This document shows positions 23,536-35,748 of a stretch of 64,000 bases of DNA, one piece after another (position 1 is the stretch's first letter; every line of letters begins with the position of its first letter). Both the position numbers and the translations under genes were made by a program. Source of the DNA: Antedon mediterranea (taxonomy: Eukaryota; Animalia; Echinodermata); NCBI RefSeq assembly GCF_964355755.1, contig NC_092673.1, forward strand, positions 5,456,001 through 5,520,000, written 5' to 3'. The notes under the pieces were generated by a model. It was not told where the DNA came from. It did not search any database and saw nothing but the letters and a program-made list of their open reading frames with translations.

Positions 23536-24715
23536 CGCTACTCACTAGATTCTTCACAGGAATCTGCCACTCTTTTATAGGTACACTTGTCTTGCATATC
23601 CTGATGTTCTGAAATAAAATATTTAGTAATTATACTCCTAATTATATACATACTAGTCCACCTACATGTTGAATCTACAATGCAAAAGATAGGTAGGACA
23701 TTAGCAAGTTAATTTAGGTTCTTTGGGAACAGTCTTTGTTTGACTGAAGAGGCTACCCAGTATAAATAAATAATAAAAATAAATAAATCCGCCACTAATA
23801 CTAATAAACAAAATTAGTAGACTATACCCTCTCCCTGCCAACAGTAGGCCTACTGCTACAATAAATAGGCCTATCCTACAGTACAGAGTTTAAAGCTAAC
23901 AACTAGGCCTACTTTGTATTGACTGTTGTAGGTAAGCCCTTACTTATAAATAGAGGCCTAGCCTAGTTAACTAGCGCCCTTGGGCCTTACCACTCAGTCT
24001 AGTAATACTTAGCTAAAGAGATATTTTCAGTTTGCTGTCATTTATTAATGTTAGATTAAATAAAAAGAAAAGAATTCAATTAATTATTCACCCTTCTGGT
24101 TTTTTAAATCTTGGTTGACACATCAGCGGAAGTAAAAAGAATGACTCCTGACCTCTGTTTTGTAAACAAACAGAAAGGCGCGAAATGGATCAATCCATTT
24201 TATTTGTAGGGAGTAAAACAGGAGAATGTACAAATACTGTGGGACTATTTAAGATTTTGTGATGATAATCAATTATATGACGGTAAGAAAGATAATCGAT
24301 TTCTGAAATAAGTATGTGCCATACAAAAGAACTAGTGTATTAAATGTTAAAACACCGTTTAAAATGTTTTGAAATGATCATGATTATGATAATAAACTCG
24401 TTTGTGATTAAGAACAATTAAACTTTACATAACAACATTGACGAACATATTAGCTTGAATCACTTTGCATTTTATTTAGTGCTGTTACATTGTGGCCATG
24501 ATAATATAATGTGCAATCCTTTAGAAAAATTGTAGCTCTAAATCATAACTCAAATTCATTAATAAATCTAATAAAAAATATGTATTCTATGTAACTTTCT
24601 TTTTTTAAAAAATGTATAAATCCATACATTTAAGTTGCCTTAATTCCAAATACGGTATCTCTCTTCTTCTGGATGCAGCATCTACATTTTTAAAAATCAA
24701 TTGCAATGTTCTTTT

Positions 24716-27700
24716 TTAAAATAGTTTATAGTCAGTTAGGTCAGCCATAATTAATATACAATATACATTAATGATAATACAGGTAATGACTCCTCCACAT
24801 TTAATTAAAACTATTTGAGATTTATATGGTAGTAGATTGATATCTATGCATTTAGGAATATAAGCTGGCCAACGACACTTTGGGCAAATGTGGTTAAGCT
24901 CCAACCAAGGTTTAATGCACTCTTTATGGTGAATATGATTGCATGGTAACTTGGAACAAACTTGCTGACTGAATAGATCAAGACATATGCAACATTGGTC
25001 ACCATTAATATCATTCTCATCGTCATCGAGCAACTCGTCAAATTCCCCAGTTGGTAGTCTACCAATATAATCTGGTGAAAGAAATCTTAACCATCCCATC
25101 ATTGCCCAAAACTTATGTCGCAAATATTCTGGACGATGGTATTCATTTCGTGACTTTCCAAGCAAGAGAAGATAAAAATCTTCAGAAATTTTGTTTACCC
25201 AGTGCTGGTTTGATTCTAGCGAAACAGAATCAGATCTTGTAAGGTACAACGTAATGCCAATTGTAGAACAAATGATTAAAAATGGTACTAACAGAGAAAC
25301 AGGATTCTGTGAGTACATGAGAAGATCATTACGTATGTACCACATGAAGTAGGAAAGAAGTTTGGCAGGATTAGAAAGAGAAAATAAAATATTAACTATA
25401 ATAGATAATATAACATACTTTACACTTGTTAATGTTAAAAAAAACAAGCGTCTGAAAATACCACCTCGTGTTAAACAGAACTCTAAAAGGCAAAGACTGT
25501 TATAAAGCAAAAACTCACCACGATAAAAAACATCAGGGTTTAAAGTTTGTATGTAAAAATATAAGTTCCTATATTCTAAAAATTCTCCATGTTGGTTACC
25601 ATATTGTAATTGACCTTCTGGGGTTAGAATTACTATAGAAGGCACTTTTACAGATTGGGAACTTTTTGGAAACCAAAATCTCCTTTTTGGGGTTGATATG
25701 AATGCAAACTGATGCATTCCTGAAAACATATTAGCAAGCCTTGTAAAAAAAAGGGGTGGGGTTTCAGCTTTTGAGAAGTAGGCAACTTTAATTTGCAAAT
25801 CATAATTTTTTTCATTTGCCTTGTCCATCCCTTGCTGAACAGTTTGGAAATCATTCTTTTTTTTGTTTGCCTTGTCCATCCATTGCCAAACAGATTTAGG
25901 ATTGTAAAATCTTGTCACCTTTGGTTTTAAATGATTGTTTATTCTCCCAAATATGTACTCTGGTGAGTGTGATTCATAGATGTATTTTTCAGATTGAGAA
26001 ATAACGAGTAAAATACTTGGTTTGTTCCATTGCTTTGAGTCACATAACCTGAGAAATAAACAAAATAGTATATTTCAATATTTATTATTCAAATTAGTCA
26101 AATTTGTCTTGATTTGTACATATTTGTTGTCCCTAACAGGACTAGGTTTAAGGCCAATTTACACAGACGACTGATAACGATAAACGGAAAACCGCATAGC
26201 TTGTCCCACATAGAATCTAGCCTGAGTGGAAACCTCCCATTTTGTGTAAATGGTCAAAAGAAATAACAGATTCTATATTTTTATTACTGTTACGAGTTAC
26301 CGCTCGTCTGTGTAAATTGCCTTTACTTTACATCCGTCCGCAATCAATCGCCTACTCCATAAATAAAGACCTAACTTTTTCCGCAGGCCAGCTCTCGCTA
26401 GATGTTTGGTGTTTCGCCTTTGGAACTGAAGACCTGAGTTCGCGTTTGGTGATAAAAAAACAAAAGTCATCTACTGAGACTTGAACTCACAAAGATTAGT
26501 CCACATCATCACGAGACAACTTTTTACCTGCTGCGCCACGTAACTTGCTTGAAGAAATTAATCAACTAAACTATTTAAACTATGCATACATAGCGCCCTC
26601 ATTTGTTATTTGCCCCCTATAGATGTGACGAAAAAGACCGTTTGTGATTGGTCAATACTCAAGGTAGTAACCTGGTAGGCCTACGCATGGTGCGCTGAAC
26701 ATCCGGTGATTCGGCTTGAAGAAATATTATTCGGCCTACCTGATAATAATAATGTAGGCTTATTGATGAAAATTCTTCTGTTATTATTTAAACGACCTAG
26801 GCCTATAGGTGAATATTTTATTTCCAAGGAATCATTAATTATTAATATCTGTATATTATTCTTCGCAAGGTAAAGTGAATGCAACACCTAACTATAGTAT
26901 AGGCAGGGTTATTACATAAAGGAGGCCTAGCTACCCGACCCCGTAGATATTCTACTTGTTGCTATATAATATAACATATATCGCCTTTATATCGGTAAAA
27001 TATAAGATTTGACATCCACTCGGGAATGATATTATGCTCTCGAGAATTATATTTCCCTCAGCTAGCCCTGTGGGAAATATATATTCCCTCGAGGCTAGGA
27101 AAATATCATTCCCTCGGGGATGTCAAATCTAATATATTACCTCTAAGCAGGCAATATCTGTATAATATAATTCACTTACTGTTTATTTGTAGTGCAATTG
27201 ACAGTTGCTGTATTTATATGAAAGTAGTTGGCCTTTCTTTCAATTTTTTCCCATTGCCTTTTAGTCATTAAATTTTGCGTTCCACTAGGAACAATCTGAA
27301 AAATATTTCAACCCTAATCATTCCAATATTTCATTACTCCAAATGACCCAAGATGTTCTTTATAAACTTTTTCAATAAAACATAACAAAATTATTATTTT
27401 GAACTCAAAAAGCATCTGGCATCTGCTGGTTTAGCATCATTGGAAGATTCAATATGAATAAAAAAATAGTTTATTCAGTAGATATGAAGCAGTCTGCTTT
27501 AGTTAGTCATCTTTTCACAAAATGATATTGAATAGACTTCAACGTACCTGAATGACCCATACACCATTTGCTATCCTATTATTAAAGTGTACACTGGATC
27601 TAAACGTTTTTGAGTGACTGTTTGTATCAGGTGCGTACAGCGCTCCTTCAAGAACTTCACCTGTAAAATTTGTGCTTCATTAATTAAATAATTAAATTTG

Positions 27701-28332
27701 TATCGTGGATAGCCTCTTTCAAGTGCTTAAAGCTCCTTCTACACTCTACAAAAAAAGTGTGATGTGCCCAAATATGGTAGTGATATGCTTAAATATGGTA
27801 GTGATATGACATCATAATCATGTCCATATATGGGCACGTCACATTTTTTGTCCCATAAAGTTTGATAGTGTAGACAAAGCTTAAGTACTTAAGATGATTT
27901 GGCAATACCATTCCACATTTACATTTGTAAGATTCAGAACTTTAAAATGTTACAATAGTATTCAAAAGATATAGAATTGTTATTATGACAAAATCTGTAA
28001 ATTTCCAGCTATGTCACAACCTAATACATTTTAAAAACCAGTTTTCACATCTTTAAAATGTCATTGTTAACTGACAGGCCTACCTGATTGGTCAACTAAG
28101 TTTGCAAGGTCAATCTTCGTAACAACATTGTCGTAGTCTACACCTGTCCTATCTAAAATCTTCTTCAACTGTGTGGTGTTTAACAGAGTCGGATCCATGA
28201 CATCGGAAGACCAGAATTTCGTTTTCCGTAACACGAAACTGAGCAAAAGCATAAAGACTCCTATAAATAACACTTTTGCGATGAATAAGCATATTTCTTT
28301 AGCCAAAAACTTTGTGATTTCCTTTTTAATAG
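24716..28332 (-). CDS. Diverged RNF103 paralogue B (exons 28084-28332, 27548-27660, 27180-27295, 24716-26048); start codon exon uncertain
   Basis: Same intron positions and phases as RNF103; DPTLL..LKKILD..GVDY; PPLFF; TRGGIFRR; RING-H2 ending CPKCRWPAY, then an extra hydrophobic tail; frame open throughout. Confidence 0.85.
26151..26324. mobile_element. Harbinger-like MITE
   Basis: TIR aggccaatttacacagacga / tcgtctgtgtaaattgcct; related copy at ~53983-54338. Confidence 0.7.
26978..27157. mobile_element. Palindromic MITE
   Basis: Imperfect inverted ends (atataagattttgacatcc / ggatgtcaaatctaatatat) with internal ccctcg motifs. Confidence 0.55.
27731..27881. mobile_element. MITE family A copy
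   Basis: TIRs, TAA TSD, internal tgcccaaatatggtagtgata repeats. Confidence 0.8.
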
Positions 28333-30539
28333 CTGAAGAAAATAAAATATAATTTAATTACAACCATAAAGTATAGATATTTCTAATTTTTAAAAAAAAC
28401 AACAAATGAGTAAAAGTATTTCGCTTTTACTATGCTAATCATAATATGAATAAGTTTTATCTTAATCTTGTATGTACTTCTAGTATTCCAGTAGATATAG
28501 CAGCAGGGAGTGGTGTATGCGCATACTCTTGTTGAACAAAAATGATGGGAGAAAATGAATGCAATAATGCTGCAATTTTAAAGACCCAGTATTGTCAGAA
28601 AGCACTTCCTGATAAACATTCTAAATGTTTAGAACCTACAGGGGTCCTATATGCCCCGCCCCGCCCTGCCACAGACCACATCCCTCCCCTCTCCAACCAA
28701 ATGGTGGAGTTTCACAAATTTCAAATCTCTCAGGTTAGTAACTTTGAGATGGCGATTTTGATTGATATTGGTAAAAAGTTAATTATTTTGGCACACATGA
28801 TCATCAACATATACTGGTGATTATCGTAAAAGAATACCTACATAAAAACAACTTCAGACTTGGGAAAGTGTACAACTGTATAATGTTGCAAATGTTAGGC
28901 GTGGCACAGACTGCATGATACATTTTCATTACATTGTCAATACCAAGATAAAAAAATACATATTTGCATAAAATAAAGGATGTTGCTCAGAGAACTAAGA
29001 TAACATCCCTGCATCTCTCTTCTAACAGAATGGCTATTTTTACTGCAGTTTCAAGATGGTGAAATACAAAATGGCTGACCAGGAAGTCAAGATCAAAAGT
29101 GTAATGAATGAACATTTGTTACTATTTCTACATCTAAAAAATGACAAAAATTATAGTACTTACACATTTCTGAATTCTTAGTCCCTTACGGTGTGATTCT
29201 GCAAATAAAATTAGTAAAATCAAGATAGCTCATGTTAACACTGTTAAATAAAATATCAGTATTTCTTTATACATAAATATGCATATTTACAGTAATTAGT
29301 CGGATGAATAATAATAATAATCTAGCCTCTATTGTATTGATTACAATTGCTTCAATTACTATTACTTGCCTTGATTCCTAAATTCAATGCTAATCAAACA
29401 GTTATAAAATTCTATTCTCAATATAAGTTGGTATGTAAAGCAACACAATAGTACTATACCGAACTAATATGTTGAAATGGCTGACATTCGATACGACCTG
29501 TTCAATACCAGAAATTTTCATTGCGGGATATTATTGTATTTGACCAATGAAATACAAGAATTACCTTCAATGCAAGAGTTCAACGTAGCTTAGCCAATAA
29601 AACAAAATATTAAAGCACATTGCGGGGAAAAAAAACAGAAGACATTGGTTTTCTAGACAAAGCCAATGAAAAATAAGAACTTCTATTTTTGGCTTGTTAC
29701 CAGACAAAACCTAAAAGAATTTTTAAAACAAGATTGTTAATATAAATGAAATAATTTAGGATACAAGAGTAGGCTATGTATGTCTCTATACAGCACATAT
29801 ATATATATAAATAAATTATCTAGAACGTGATAATACCTAACATGAAACATTATTTTAAAAGAACAAATATTTTCAGGGCTTTTCAGCAACTGGGACGGCG
29901 CGTAATGACACAAGCATGAAGAATTTGAGCAATCACGACACGATGGATAATCCAAACTGTCGCTTGTGATTGGTCGCGCTTGCATTGTGCGTATGTTGGT
30001 GCGTTTCATAAAAGTGGGTGTTAAGCATTAGTGTCCAACCTATCCCATCCTACATCGAGTAGTGTCAACTTGCGGATGTCCGAGTCATCCACCCTTATAA
30101 ATGCTAACTTTGTTCCCTAACTTTTCCTACCACCACTATAATGATTTGTTTTACACTGTTGCAGTTGAAAAGAAATAAAACAACATATTTTTTTGCTATT
30201 TACAAAATATACATTTAATAAGAAAAAAGGCTATAATTCTATGAAAATTATTTACAGAATAACTGAATTTGACAACATGAGTAAATTTAATTATTAATTT
30301 TAAAATCATGTTAATTTTTTTTATTTTCTTTAAAAATTTAAAGTATTTTTATTGACATGCCAAATTATTTACGTTATATTTACAAAATATAATATACATC
30401 TATTTTATGGATGGCAAGTACATGCAGTTTAGGTCTATTTACAACAAAATAATTATTTAAAGCTAATATATAATTCTAACACAATAAAACTTTATAATAT
30501 AAAAATGAAAGCTTTGTTTTTTATTTATCGATTTGACTG

Positions 30540-31099
30540 TTAAAGCTCAGGTACAGGCATGAATTTTAAACATAATATCTGCTTAATTGTACATAAATCA
30601 ATCATTTGTAATAGAAATCAAGATGAAAAAACATTAATTTCCCTTTAAATGGTCAAATACAAAATTTGGCAAAATTCTGCTATAAAAACCAGGAAGACTT
30701 TTTTTCAGTATAACATGTCTGGTGACTCCCTAGAAGGTGAAAAAAAGATGGTGGATATAAGGTGGATAATTTTTGTTATAGCATGAAAATAAAACTCTGA
30801 AGTTGAATAAAAATACCAGAAACGTAAAATTCAAGTTATATTACCTATATTTAGTCATCTGATTTTTTATCACACTGTTTATTTTTCATAGTTTTTTAAA
30901 AATGCCTCTCTATTTACAACATTTGTGTACAAAAGAATATAGATTTTGCTGTGTAATTTCAACTATCCCCCCACTGATGAGAAAATGCTTATTTTCAAAA
31001 AGCTTGTGTAACACAAATAAAATCCCAAAACTTATGAAACATAGGGGAAACTATAGATGTATGATCAATAGAAATGTTTTGCCCGCACCTGGCCTTTAA
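30540..31099. mobile_element. TTAA-flanked non-autonomous element (Kolobok-like)
   Basis: ttaaagctcaggtacaggca ... tgcccgcacctggcctttaa imperfect TIRs. Confidence 0.5.
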
Positions 31100-32097
31100 A
31101 AACATTCAAAAAAATGAATTACTTTCACTAATATATAAGCACCATTCTAGAAACATTGACGTAGAAACTTACAAAATTGACGTAGACACTTACAAAAAAA
31201 CCATAAACTTAAGTGAATTAATGACCCCAAAAAGGCTTTCCCAACATTCAAGATTCAAGATTCAAGAAATTTTATTTGTCCATAAAAATGGAAATTCACT
31301 TTGCTTGGTAGATTAAAACAACAGTATTGCAACATTTTCCTAATCTTGCTATAATAGACATTTTGTTAAAATTAGCACCTCATTTGTGTTATAAATAGAA
31401 TATATACTTAATTTAGGCTATGTGTAGGTCAATGAGAAAAAAAATACCAAAAAGACAAATTGAAAATTGGTTTTCTTAAACAAACAAAAACACTAAAATA
31501 TTAAAACCAAGCACCTTGCATGTATTTAGCACGAACACTTACAGGCTCTTAAATAACTAATAACAAAGTCGTCCATACAACTACTAAATTCAACTGTTTT
31601 CTATAACATTTTATATTTACTTAATTGCAAAAGTACCAGGTTTGTATAACTGCAAATAATAATAACTCGTCACTAGGATGAACTTTTATTTATAAACCAT
31701 CCAATTTGGTATACTATACTAATGTATTTCCAACTTAAAGTTGATAAAAAGAGCGTCGGCTTACATAAAAAAATTAATTACAACATGTCAAAAACACATG
31801 ACAGCTTAGAATTCACTGCCAAAATAAAAATTATGGACAACAATTCGTTGTGTGTTAAGAAAATGTACTATTGTATAATATTCAGCTTTTAAACATAAAA
31901 TAAATGACTAAATGTTGGATACAAATAGACCACTGTTGACAATCAGATGGTTTTGGCTTTTTAGCAACGCATTGTTCAAAACAAAAAAGAAATAAAGTAA
32001 GGTACTACAATTACAGAATAGGAGCAAAGAGAATCATATTCAGAGGGTTATAAAGATTGGCTAGCATCAATTTGTATTGACTAGCATACTGTATACC

Positions 32098-35000
32098 GAT
32101 AAAACAAGATATTAAGTACTCGATTGGGAGGACAAGGAGGGTAAAGAATTGCAAGCATCACTTTGACTAAGCATATTGTAGCAACAGTTAAAACAAGATA
32201 TTAAGTACTAAATAGATTGGGAGGACAAGGAGGGGTAAAGAATTGCAAGCATCACTTTGACTAAGCATATTGTAGCGACAGTTAAAACAAGATATTAAGT
32301 ACTCAACTAGATTGGGAGGACAAGGAGGGGTAAAGAATTGCAAGCATCACTTTGACTAAGCATATTGTAGCGACAGTTAAAACAAGATATTAAGTACTAA
32401 ATAGATTGGGAGGACATCGAGGGGTAAAGAATTGCAAGCATCACTTTGACTAAGCATATTGTAGCAACAGTTAAAACAAGATATTAAGTACTAAATAGAT
32501 TGGGAGGACAAGGAGGGGTAAAGAATTGCAAGCATCACTTTGACTAAGCATATTGTAGCAACAGTTAAAACAAGATATTAAGTACTAAATAGATTGGGAG
32601 GACATCGAGGGGTAAAGAATTGCAAGCATCACTTTGACTAAGCATATTGTAGCAACAGTTAAAACAAGATATTAAGTACTCGATTGGGAGGACAAGGAGG
32701 GGTAAAGAATTGCAAGCATCACTTTGACTAAGCATATTGTAGCGACAGTTAAAACAAGATATTAAGTACTCAACTAGATTGGGAGGACAAGGAGGGGTAA
32801 AGAATTGCAAGCATCACTTTGACTAAGCATATTGTAGCGACAGTTAAAACAAGATATTAAGTACTAAATAGATTGGGAGGACATCGAGGGGTAAAGAATT
32901 GCAAGCATCACTTTGACTAAGCATATTGTAGCAACAGTTAAAACAAGATATTAAGTACTAGATTGGGAGGACAAGGAGGGGTAAAGAATTGCAAGCATCA
33001 CTTTGACTAAGCATATTGTAGCAACAGTTAAAACAAGATATTAAGTACTAGATTGGGAGGACAAGGAGGGGTAAAGAATTGCAAGCATCACTTTGACTAA
33101 GCATATTGTAGCAACAGTTAAAACAAGATATTAAGTACTAAATAGATTGGGAGGACAAGGAGGGGTAAAGAATTGCAAGCATCACTTTGACTAAGCATAT
33201 TGTAGCAACAGTTAAAACAAGATATTAAGTACTAAATAGATTGGGAGGACAAGGAGGGGTAAAGAATTGCAAGCATCACTTTGACTAAGCATATTGTAGC
33301 AACAGTTAAAACAAGATATTAAGTACTAAATAGATTGGGAGGACAAGGAGGGGTAAAGAATTGCAAGCATCACTTTGACTAAGCATATTGTAGCAACAGT
33401 TAAAACAAGATATTAAGTACTAAATAGATTGGGAGGACAAGGAGGGGTAAAGAATTGCAAGCATCACTTTGACTAAGCATATTGTAGCAACAGTTAAAAC
33501 AAGATATTAAGTACTCAAATAGATTGGGAGGACAAGGAGGGGTAAAGAATTGCAAGCATCACTTTGACTAAGCATATTGTAGCAACAGTTAAAACAAGAT
33601 ATTAAGTACTCAAATAGATTGGGAGGACAAGGAGGGGTAAAGAATTGCAAGCATCACTTTGACTAAGCATATTGTAGCAACAGTTAAAACAAGATATTAA
33701 GTACTCAAATAGATTGGGAGGACAAGGAGGGGTAAAGAATTGCAAGCATCACCCTGACTAAGCATATTGTAGCGACAGTTAAAACAAGATATTAAGTACT
33801 AAATAGATTGGGAGGACAAGGAGGGGTAAAGAATTGCAAGCATCACTTTGACTAAGCATATTGTAGCAACAGTTAAAACAAGATATTAAGTATTCAAATA
33901 GATTGGGAGGACAAGGAGGGGTAAAGAATTGCAAGCATCACTTTGACTAAGCATATTGTAGCAACAGTTAAAACAAGATATTAAGTACTCGATTGGAAGG
34001 ACAAGGAGTGGTAAAGAATTGCAAGCATCACTTTGACTAAGCATATTGTAGCAACAGTTAAAACAAGATATTAAGTACTCGATTGGAAGGACAAGGAGGG
34101 GTAAAGAATTGCAAGCATCACTTTGACTAAGCATATTGTAGTGACAGTTAAAACAAGATATTAAGTACTCAAATAGATTGGGAGGACAAGGAGGGGTAAA
34201 GAATTGCAAGCATCACTTTGACTAAGCATATTGTAGTGACAGTTAAAACAAGATATTAAGTACTCGATTGGGAGGACAAGGAGGGGTAAAGAATTGCAAG
34301 CATCACTTTGACTAAGCATATTGTAGTGACAGTTAAAACAAGATATTAAGTACTCAAATAGATTGGGAGGACAAGGAGGGGTAAAGAATTGCAAGCATCA
34401 CTTTGACTAAGCATATTGTAGCGACAGTTAAAACACGATATTAAGTACTAAATAGATTGGGAGGACATGGAGGGGTAAAGAATTGCAAGCATCACTTTGA
34501 CTATTAGTCAGCATATTGTAGCGACAGTTAAAACAAGATATTAAGTACTAAATAGATTGGGAGGACAAGGAGGGGTAAAGAATTGCAAGCATCACTTTGA
34601 CTAAGCATATTGTAGCAACAGTTAAAACAAGATATTAAGTACTCGATTGGGAGGACAAGGAGGGGTAAAGAATTGCAAGCATCACTTTGACTAAGCATAT
34701 TGTAGTGACAGTTAAAACAAGATATTAAGTACTCGATTGGGAGGACAAGGAGGGGTAAAGAATTGCAAGCATCACTTTGACTAAGCATATTGTAGTGACA
34801 GTTAAAACAAGATATTAAGTACTCGATTGGGAGGACAAGGAGGGGTAAAGAATTGCAAGCATCACTTTGACTAAGCATATTGTAGTGACAGTTAAAACAA
34901 GATATTAAGTACTCGATTGGGAGGACAAGGAGGGGTAAAGAATTGCAAGCATCACTTCGACTAAGCATATTGTAGTGACAGTTAAAACAAGATATTAAGT

Positions 35001-35748
35001 ACTCAAATAGATTGGGAGGACAAGGAGGGGTAAAGAATTGCAAGCATCACTTTGACTAAGCATATTGTAGCAACAGTTAAAACAAGATATTAAGTACTAA
35101 ATAGATTGGGAGGACAAGGAGGGGTAAAGAATTGCAAGCATCACTTTGACTAAGCATATTGTAGCAACAGTTAAAACAAGATATTAAGTACTAACTAGAT
35201 TGGAAGGACAAGGAGGGGTAAAGAATTGCAAGCATCACTTTGACTAAGCATATTGTAGTGACAGTTAAAACAAGATATTAAGTACTCAAATAGATTGGGA
35301 GGACAAGGAGGGGTAAAGAATTGCAAGCATCACTTTGACTAAGCATATTGTAGCAACAGTTAAAACAAGATATTAAGTACTCGATTGGAAGGACAAGGAG
35401 TGGTAAAGAATTGCAAGCATCACTTTGACTAAGCATATTGTAGCAACAGTTAAAACAAGATATTAAGTACTCGATTGGAAGGACAAGGAGGGGTAAAGAA
35501 TTGCAAGCATCACTTTGACTAAGCATATTGTAGTGACAGTTAAAACAAGATATTAAGTATTCAAATAGATTGGGAGGACAAGGAGGGGTAAAGAATTGCA
35601 AGCATCACTTTGACTAAGCATATTGTAGCGACAGTTAAAACAAGATATTAAGTATTCAAATAGATTGGGAGGACAAGGAGGGGTAAAGAATTGCAAGCAT
35701 CACTTTGACTAAGCATATTGTAGCGACAGTTAAAACAAGATATTAAGT
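32098..35748. repeat. Tandem array of 90-95-bp units, about 39 copies
   Basis: Unit gttaaaacaagatattaagtactc(aaata)gattgggaggacaaggaggggtaaagaattgcaagcatcactttgactaagcatattgtagcaaca; overlaps the last codons of paralogue C. Confidence 0.97.

Noticed and set aside
26330-26930. Hidden ncRNA or promoter in paralogue B intron 3
   Set aside because: Degenerate B-box and TAGGCCTA cluster, but no foldable RNA or exon could be supported
32098-35748. CRISPR-like array, or repeat proteins (ORFs 32565-35601)
   Set aside because: Units are near-identical with no unique spacers, the context is eukaryotic, and the ORFs are by-products of 90-bp units
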